From: an uncultured virus (IMG/VR IMGVR_UViG_3300012971_000927) | Lineage: Duplodnaviria; Heunggongvirae; Uroviricota; Caudoviricetes | IMG/VR virus record: IMGVR_UViG_3300012971_000927 | Length of the DNA stretch: 20,000 nt | Strand: one strand, 5' to 3' | Shown: positions 16,370 through 20,000 of the stretch, in pieces | Numbering within the stretch: the first letter of the stretch is position 1 | How the letters are laid out: each line of letters opens with the position of its first letter | The notes under the pieces: generated by a model | The model's input: the letters and a program-made list of their open reading frames with translations, nothing else | Database searches by the model: none | What the model was told of the DNA's origin: nothing | Program-made: the position numbers and the translations under genes

Positions 16370-16591
16370 TTATGCGTCGTCCTGGGTAGCCCACACGTCG
16401 GTCCACCGCCAGGTTTTCCAGCCGTGTTCGTATTGGGCGTCGGGATCGGGGCTGCCCCTTCGTCGGCCCGTTGTGGGCACGGACTTCTCGCACGACGGTT
16501 GGCGCAAGGCCCAGCAGTCCTCGCACCGCGAGCCGTAAATGTCGTTTATTAGGGGGCAGCCGCACTGGCGACAAACAGATGATCGGTTCAT
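16370..16591 (-). CDS. small Zn-ribbon protein, 73 aa
   Basis: CRQCG...RCEDC; no clear SD. Confidence 0.55.
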   Translation of the reverse strand: MNRSSVCRQCGCPLINDIYGSRCEDCWALRQPSCEKSVPTTGRRRGSPDPDAQYEHGWKTWRWTDVWATQDDA

Positions 16592-16885
16592 AAGACTACA
16601 AAAAGGTCGCCGCCCTTCCCCCGACCACACAGCCAGAGGAAGGGCGGGCAGACACACCAAACAAGGGAGTTAAATCGGAGCCGTCATAACCAAGCCTGGA
16701 GAGGCTAAATCCTTGAAACCAGCGTGGTTGGGGCAGACCGTAGGAGTGAAGTGTGAAGATGGCAGAAATGCAGCCTAGTCGCCCCCTATATATGCGCCCA
16801 CTGCGCAAAATTCCAGTAATTCTCAAGATTTTTTCCAAAAAGATTTCGAGAGAATCGTGAATGCAGCACAAAGAAATCCAAGTTT

Positions 16886-16910
16886 TAAGTGCCCTGGCTG
16901 CAACGACTTA
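16886..16910. promoter_or_regulatory. palindromic site TAAGT-N15-ACTTA containing an IHF-like CAA-N4-TTA
   Basis: Related sites at 17845, 18035 and 18414. Confidence 0.5.
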
Positions 16911-16983
16911 GGAATTCCAAAAAAGATTTTGGACAGATATGGCGAAATTCTCCGTATCGGTCGCCGTAATTCTTGATTCGGCT

Positions 16984-17012
16984 TCGAGAACGCACTTCCG
17001 TTTCAGGGGCGG
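16984..17012 (+). promoter_or_regulatory. bipartite conserved motif copy 2 (TCGAGAACGC-N7-TTTCAGGGGCGG)
   Basis: Both arms identical to the copies at 18712 and 18779. Confidence 0.65.
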
Positions 17013-17261
17013 TGGTGGCAGGGAGTGGGGAGGCCGGAGCAGCGCCACATGGGAGGGGTGCCTAAGCGTTGAAGGTCAACCGCCCGGCCCGACCCCTACA
17101 CATCTTTTGGCCGAAGATTTTCGCCCATACGGCTGGGAAGCCCCAAAATTTCGATCTCCGGCCAAAATTTCTTCCCAAGGCAGGTAAACAACTTACGTCG
17201 CCTGCGCGTAAAATCTTTTTTGCGCAGGTGTCGCGCCACCGACAGAGGAAAGGGGTGCATC

Positions 17262-17750
17262 GTGAATGTGGAATCCGCCCGGAATGTTCAGGAGTTCTGC
17301 TACATCGCGGCTCGTGATGACCAGGACCGCGCCTCCGTGGTGCTGGTGCCGGGGCATGAAGGCAGGCGCTACGAGGTCCGCTTGAGCCGACCTGACAAGT
17401 ATGTGATGATCTGCGAGTGTATCGACCCGGACGAGGGTGAGCCGTGCAAGGGCTGCACGCACGGCAAGGTCTGCTACCACGCCTTGGCAGCCGCGATGAA
17501 GTCGGCGGGTGAATTGGGCTTCCTGTTCATCTTTGACAGCTACCAGCACGCCATGACCGTCGAGGGTGGTCTGGGCCGGCTGGTGGTTGTGAAGGCCAAG
17601 GAGGGCGGCGGCATGGCCTACACCCGCTTTTACCGCCACAAGAAGAAGAAGCGGAAGGTGTTCATCAAGGTCCAGACGCCGGTGGAGGCCAACGGCCCGG
17701 CTCGCCAGGGTGCCCTGTTCAACGAATCGACCGGGCCTTACGACAAGTAG
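17262..17750 (+). CDS. SWIM-type Zn-finger protein, 162 aa
   Basis: GAGG/AGGGG upstream of GTG; YEV...ICEC...VCYHALAA fits the SWIM CxC...CxH pattern; Lys-rich C-terminus. Confidence 0.8.
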   Translation: MNVESARNVQEFCYIAARDDQDRASVVLVPGHEGRRYEVRLSRPDKYVMICECIDPDEGEPCKGCTHGKVCYHALAAAMKSAGELGFLFIFDSYQHAMTVEGGLGRLVVVKAKEGGGMAYTRFYRHKKKKRKVFIKVQTPVEANGPARQGALFNESTGPYDK

Positions 17751-17900
17751 TGTACAACACCATCTTTTCGGCAAAGATTCCCTGGCCTCCAACGGCGGTA
17801 CGCAGCGTTTGTCCGGGTTTTTTGCTTTTTTTTCCAGAGTGCTGTAAGTCGTTGCAGGCCAGGTGGTTGCCATCTGGCCTGTTTCTTATCTTGCAAAGAT

Positions 17901-17934
17901 TTCCGAATCCACTTCCGAATCCTCTTCTGAATCA
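17901..17934. repeat. 3 x 12-bp direct repeat TTCCGAATCCNC in an AT-rich intergenic tract
   Basis: Units at 17901, 17913 and 17925 (last one degenerate). Confidence 0.8.
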
Positions 17935-18034
17935 AGAAGATTTGTACACCTGAACAAGCGGCGGTTTACAGGGTGAACCGACCTCTAAAGATTGCAAGAT
18001 TCCCGGATCAGCGCAATTCCTGAACCACAATTCC

Positions 18035-18059
18035 CAAGTCGTTGGCGAGCCTGGACTTG
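18035..18059. promoter_or_regulatory. palindromic site CAAGT-N15-ACTTG
   Basis: Perfect inverted 5-mers with the same spacing as 16886-16910; shares AAGTCGTTG with 17846. Confidence 0.5.
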
Positions 18060-18153
18060 TGAAGCGGTTGTGGGCCGTCCTCCGGCACCGTGGGAATCTT
18101 TTCGGAAAAGATGGGTGGGAGCAGCGTGGGGGCGGCTGGCGTGCGCTCCAGGT

Positions 18154-18606
18154 TTACGCCATTGTACTCCTCGTCTACTGTACGCCCCTCGTCTACTGTA
18201 CGCCCCAGCATACTATACCATTGTACTCCACCAGGGGCGTGGCCCCTCGGCGTACATTGTTGAAAGGTTACGACATTGTACTCCGGCGAGTTAAACATAA
18301 CCGCCATTATCGGACGTTGGCCGATCCAGGTAGCGGATTTGAACGCTCGCGTTGGCCAGGTGCCCAATGCCGAAAAGATTCAGGCGACCTCGGAGGCCGG
18401 GCCTGGCGAGCCGGAAGTGCTTGGAAAATAAGAAGTTGGAAGGATATTTGCAGGCGTGCAACAATCTTCCTGGGAAAGATCAAGCGCAGGCGGCTCGCCC
18501 TAGCACATCCGGTGCCCAACCCAGGAATTCCATTACCACATTGTACTCCCCCAGCCTGGGGATGGTCCCTGTCTGGACAAACTCAAGGGTTACCACATTG
18601 TACTCC
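18154..18606 (-). repeat. five dispersed copies of GGAGTACAATG-NNN-TA(A/G)
   Basis: CATTGTACTCC on + at 18160, 18219, 18274, 18539 and 18596; plus a related 18-bp tandem pair at 18169-18204. Confidence 0.9.
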
Positions 18607-18653
18607 GGCGGCTGCGCCGCACCGGCACCTGGCGCATTCCCGCGCTTTCTTGC

Positions 18654-18682
18654 TTTACAACTGCCCTATCCCTCAGTAAGAT
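18654..18682 (+). promoter_or_regulatory. sigma70-like promoter (TTTACA-N17-TAAGAT)
   Basis: Canonical spacing; ~200 nt upstream of the ATPase gene. Confidence 0.65.
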
Positions 18683-18707
18683 GACACATGCACGCGGGCG
18701 CGAATCT

Positions 18708-18807
18708 AAAATCGAGAACGCCCGCGATTTTCAGGGGCGGCGATCTTTGCGGGGCCGCGAGGCAGCCGCGAAAGAAAATCGAGAACGCCTCGGAATTTCA
18801 GGGGCGG
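18708..18807 (+). promoter_or_regulatory. bipartite conserved motif copies 3 and 4 (AAAATCGAGAACGC-N7-TTTCAGGGGCGG)
   Basis: 33-bp direct repeats at 18708-18740 and 18775-18807. Confidence 0.7.
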
Positions 18808-18889
18808 TGAAAGAAGACGGAACGCATCGGAGGCAGGAGCCGATCCAAACACGGCCTACAGGCCAGGGGTCAGTCGGAGGTCCAAGTCC

Positions 18890-20000
18890 ATGCTGTATCT
18901 GCGGATCGAGAATCCTGGTGTTTGCCCGCCCGAAGGGTTCACCCTGTTCGGGGCGACCACGAAGCGGCGCACCAGCAACCCGTTGGTGATCGGCACCTTC
19001 GGGTCGGGCAACAAGCACGCCACCTGCCTTTTGCTGCGGGGCGGCTACAACCCCACCATCTTCTGCGGAAGCCTGGGGATGAACTTCGGCACCCGCCAGC
19101 GCCGCATCGTCGGCGTGAGCAACACGGTGGAGAGCCGCCAGGTGATCGTGCGCTACCGTGGCAAGGACCAGGAAGGCCGGAGCCGGAGCGCCGAGGAGGA
19201 ACTGTCCGTCACCCTGGACTACGGCACGGCGGACTGGCCCACGGTGAGCCTGGCCCTGCGCGAGTACGTCTCCAACGCCCTGGACGCCTGCTTTGAGCAG
19301 GGGATGAGCGTGGAGCAGGCCCGCAAGGCGGTCAAGATCGAGGTCGTGGACGAGAATCAGGTGCGGGCGAAGGCGGATCATACCCGCGTCTTCGTGCCCC
19401 TCCTGCCCGACGTGCAGCGCTTCTACGACGACCTGGGCAAGTGGTTCCTGCACTTCTCCAACCCGGAGTTGGTCACGCAGGCCATTCTGCCCAAGGGCGG
19501 GCGCAACGTCACGGACGGCAAGCAGGTGGCCGTCATCTACCGGCGCGGCGTCTTCGTGCGGGAATTCCTCAGCACGGACAAGCCGAGCCTGTACGACTAC
19601 AACCTGAACGACCTGCGCCTGAACGAGTCGCGCACGGCTTCGGATTGGGACGTGAAGCACGCCTGCGGCCAGGCCATTGCCGGGGCGGATCGGGTCACCC
19701 TCGCCAGGGTGTTCCGGGCGATGCGCGACCCCGGCGCAGACTTCTGGGAGTTCACCTTCGACAGCTACGGCCTGTCGAACGAGTACATCCCGGACGAGGA
19801 GAAGACGAAGCGCGAGGAGACGTGGCAGGCTGCTTTCGAGGCGGTGGCCGGCGCTGATGCCGTCCTCATGGACGACAGCCACCCGGACATTGCCGGCATG
19901 GTGAGCCGCAAGGGTTACACCCCGGTGACGACTGGAGCCACGGCCTGGGTGGACGCAGCCAAGAAGCACGGCATCAGGAGCGATGAGAAGGTGCTGACCG
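18890..20000 (+). CDS. GHKL/HATPase_c-like ATPase with permuted motif order (truncated by window end; absent from the ORF track)
   Basis: GGAGG RBS; MLYLRIENPG...FGATTKR...IGTFGSGNKHA...DW...ALREYVSNALDA; frame open to the end of the window. Confidence 0.85.
   Translation, partial: MLYLRIENPGVCPPEGFTLFGATTKRRTSNPLVIGTFGSGNKHATCLLLRGGYNPTIFCGSLGMNFGTRQRRIVGVSNTVESRQVIVRYRGKDQEGRSRSAEEELSVTLDYGTADWPTVSLALREYVSNALDACFEQGMSVEQARKAVKIEVVDENQVRAKADHTRVFVPLLPDVQRFYDDLGKWFLHFSNPELVTQAILPKGGRNVTDGKQVAVIYRRGVFVREFLSTDKPSLYDYNLNDLRLNESRTASDWDVKHACGQAIAGADRVTLARVFRAMRDPGADFWEFTFDSYGLSNEYIPDEEKTKREETWQAAFEAVAGADAVLMDDSHPDIAGMVSRKGYTPVTTGATAWVDAAKKHGIRSDEKVLT

Noticed and set aside
16600..16786. tmRNA or tRNA (minus strand starts GGGGGCGAC)
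   Set aside because: No TTCGA T-arm or complementary acceptor/CCA end found.
18154..18606. CRISPR mini-array (55-59 bp period)
   Set aside because: The invariant part is only 11 bp, spacing is irregular with a 265-bp gap, and one interval is itself a tandem repeat.
18160..18606. Five minus-strand sigma70 promoters (TACAAT)
   Set aside because: No -35-like hexamer at 17-bp spacing and no TG extension in any copy.
17992..18684. ORFs of 100-206 aa across the repeat region
   Set aside because: No SD, no codon bias and atypical composition; the region behaves as non-coding.
18731..19969. 412-aa minus-strand ORF
   Set aside because: Antisense shadow of the + strand ATPase, which has an SD and recognisable motifs.
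1..20000. Stop-codon reassignment
   Set aside because: Genes tile tightly under code 11, and TAA, TGA and TAG all end genes at sensible boundaries.
1..20000. Integrase, transposase, reverse transcriptase/DGR or retron
   Set aside because: No such catalytic motifs and no template/variable repeat pair recognised in the window.

Overview
GC-rich DNA that looks like part of a large tailed-phage genome. Several host-like genes point to a Planctomycete host, which is an inference. 1-11.5 kb is a dense, translationally coupled + strand run of small hypothetical genes, including a ubiquitin-like beta-grasp protein, a TIGR03000-like protein, a YodL-like protein and several Cys/Zn-ribbon proteins. 11.5-16.1 kb is a mixed-orientation block: a secreted Arg/Phe- and Tyr-rich repeat protein, an HSL-family alpha/beta hydrolase, a PAICS/Ade5-type purC, a probable virion (tail) protein and a probable head-targeted protein. 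16.15-18.9 kb is largely non-coding and motif-rich. It holds a 16-bp tandem array, AT-rich tracts, YAAGT-N15-ACTTR palindromes, three of four copies of a 29-bp bipartite motif, five GGAGTACA-ATG-NNN-stop units (possible two-codon minigenes), a SWIM Zn-finger gene and an apparent GC-skew inversion (candidate origin or genome-end region). The window ends inside a GHKL-type ATPase whose motifs appear circularly permuted. All family calls come from recognising motifs by eye, not from database searches.
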